From: Lama glama
Lineage: Eukaryota
Direction: 5' to 3'
Length of the DNA: 64,000 nt
Assembly (NCBI GenBank): GCA_028534125.1
Contig: CM052818.1
Span: forward strand, 19,036,001 to 19,100,000
The notes under the pieces are model-generated. The model made no database searches, was not told the origin of the DNA, and saw only the letters and a program-made list of their open reading frames with translations. The position numbers and the translations under genes were made by a program. This document shows positions 62,936 to 64,000 of this stretch, piece by piece (the stretch's first letter is position 1; each line of letters opens with the position of its first letter).

Positions 62936-64000
62936 CAGCACCTTGCTTCTCTGTCTGTGAACCAGCACAACCCAGCCCAACCCCAGGCCCACCCAATCAG
63001 AGCCTGTGTTGTAACACTATGCGCAGGTGATTTAGAAGCACTACTTACAAGGTGTTGGGCCCTGGGGCTAGCAGTCATTTACTCCTGAGTATGAACGAGG
63101 GATCCTACTGTGGAAACTGCTGAATATCTTAGAGTATGAAAAGGAGGCACTTCAAAACTAAAAATAGCTGCTGGTCTCAGATTTGCTGAAGGTAATTTTA
63201 CACAACTCCATTCAGGGGTAGTCTGATCTTGGGCTCTGAACTCAGGTAGCCTGGGGGTGTGATGGGAAAGCCTTTAAATAGCCTTCAATTTATACAGGGA
63301 TACAGTTTCCCCAAAGGATGGGGAGTGATGTTCAGAGCACACATCTTGCCTAGTTGAAGAATTGACAGCAAACTTGGACTTTTTTTTGCCCTCTGACCTC
63401 CACATGCCCCGGGTAACTGTTGGCTTGATGGGGATTTAATCCTATGTACAGAATCTAATCAACTGCTAATGGCTGCCTGGAACGCTGCGCTGAGAAGGAT
63501 TTTAAGGCCTCTTCTGGGATCCATGAGAAATAGAACCCTGATGGATTGGCAGTGTCTTCCAAGAGCAACGAGTGGGAGTCACTATCCAGTACTTGTAGAT
63601 TCCACTCCAGTGCAAAAGGCACTTAAAACTGATACATAAAATAATTCACCAAGTGATTAGATCTGGTTCTGCTTGTAATATTATTGTTTATTTGTCACAT
63701 ATTGTCATTTATTTGCATAAATAAGATTTCCTGACTTAACTAATAAAAAAAACAAACAAACAAGAATGGTTAGAAAAAATTTTGGAAAAGAATAGGGGGA
63801 AGAATTAGTCCTATCAGACAGCACCATAATTCACTGATTCTACTTTCTGTTTGTTGTTGTTTTTACAATTTAATATCTCTGAAATTGAAGTGTGTCATTG
63901 AGGTGGCAATCAGGAGATGGATGTCATCACCCATCCAAACACAAAAACACTAGCCAAGATTGTCAGTGACTTGGAAGAAAATCCCAGAGACAGTAGTGGG

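Noticed and set aside
63430..64000. Possible conserved element at the window end
   Set aside because: Looks like fragments of ancient repeats (including an L1 piece at ~63720-63825), and I cannot assign the families reliably

Overview
Mammalian, repeat-dense, apparently intergenic or deep-intronic DNA. Two short tRNA-derived SINEs resembling Vic-1 suggest a camelid (inference). I found no intact protein-coding gene or convincing host exon. The supplied ORFs are chance frames, repeat fragments, pseudogene pieces or N-gap artefacts. The recognisable gene-derived content is three processed pseudogenes within ~21 kb: a 5'-truncated TBATA (SPATIAL/C10orf27) retrocopy inside an old L1 (~9524-10417), a full-length AMZ2 (archaemetzincin-2) retrocopy inside a MIR (~24374-25622) with a destroyed HEXXH motif, and a 3'-end fragment of EEF1A1 (~30457-30790). 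The rest is L1, L2, MIR, MaLR (MLT1) and DNA-transposon fossils, plus a dense set of ERV solo LTRs (about 11 MER34-like copies and several LTR-in-LTR nestings with readable TSDs). A 500-N scaffold gap is flanked by a duplicated 199-bp overlap. A few non-repeat stretches carry candidate regulatory motifs. Gene and repeat family names come from my recall of reference sequences, not from a database search. I do not see evidence for a novel biological system. The most interesting items are the retrocopy cluster, the extra in-frame 5' segment in the TBATA retrocopy, and the LTR density.
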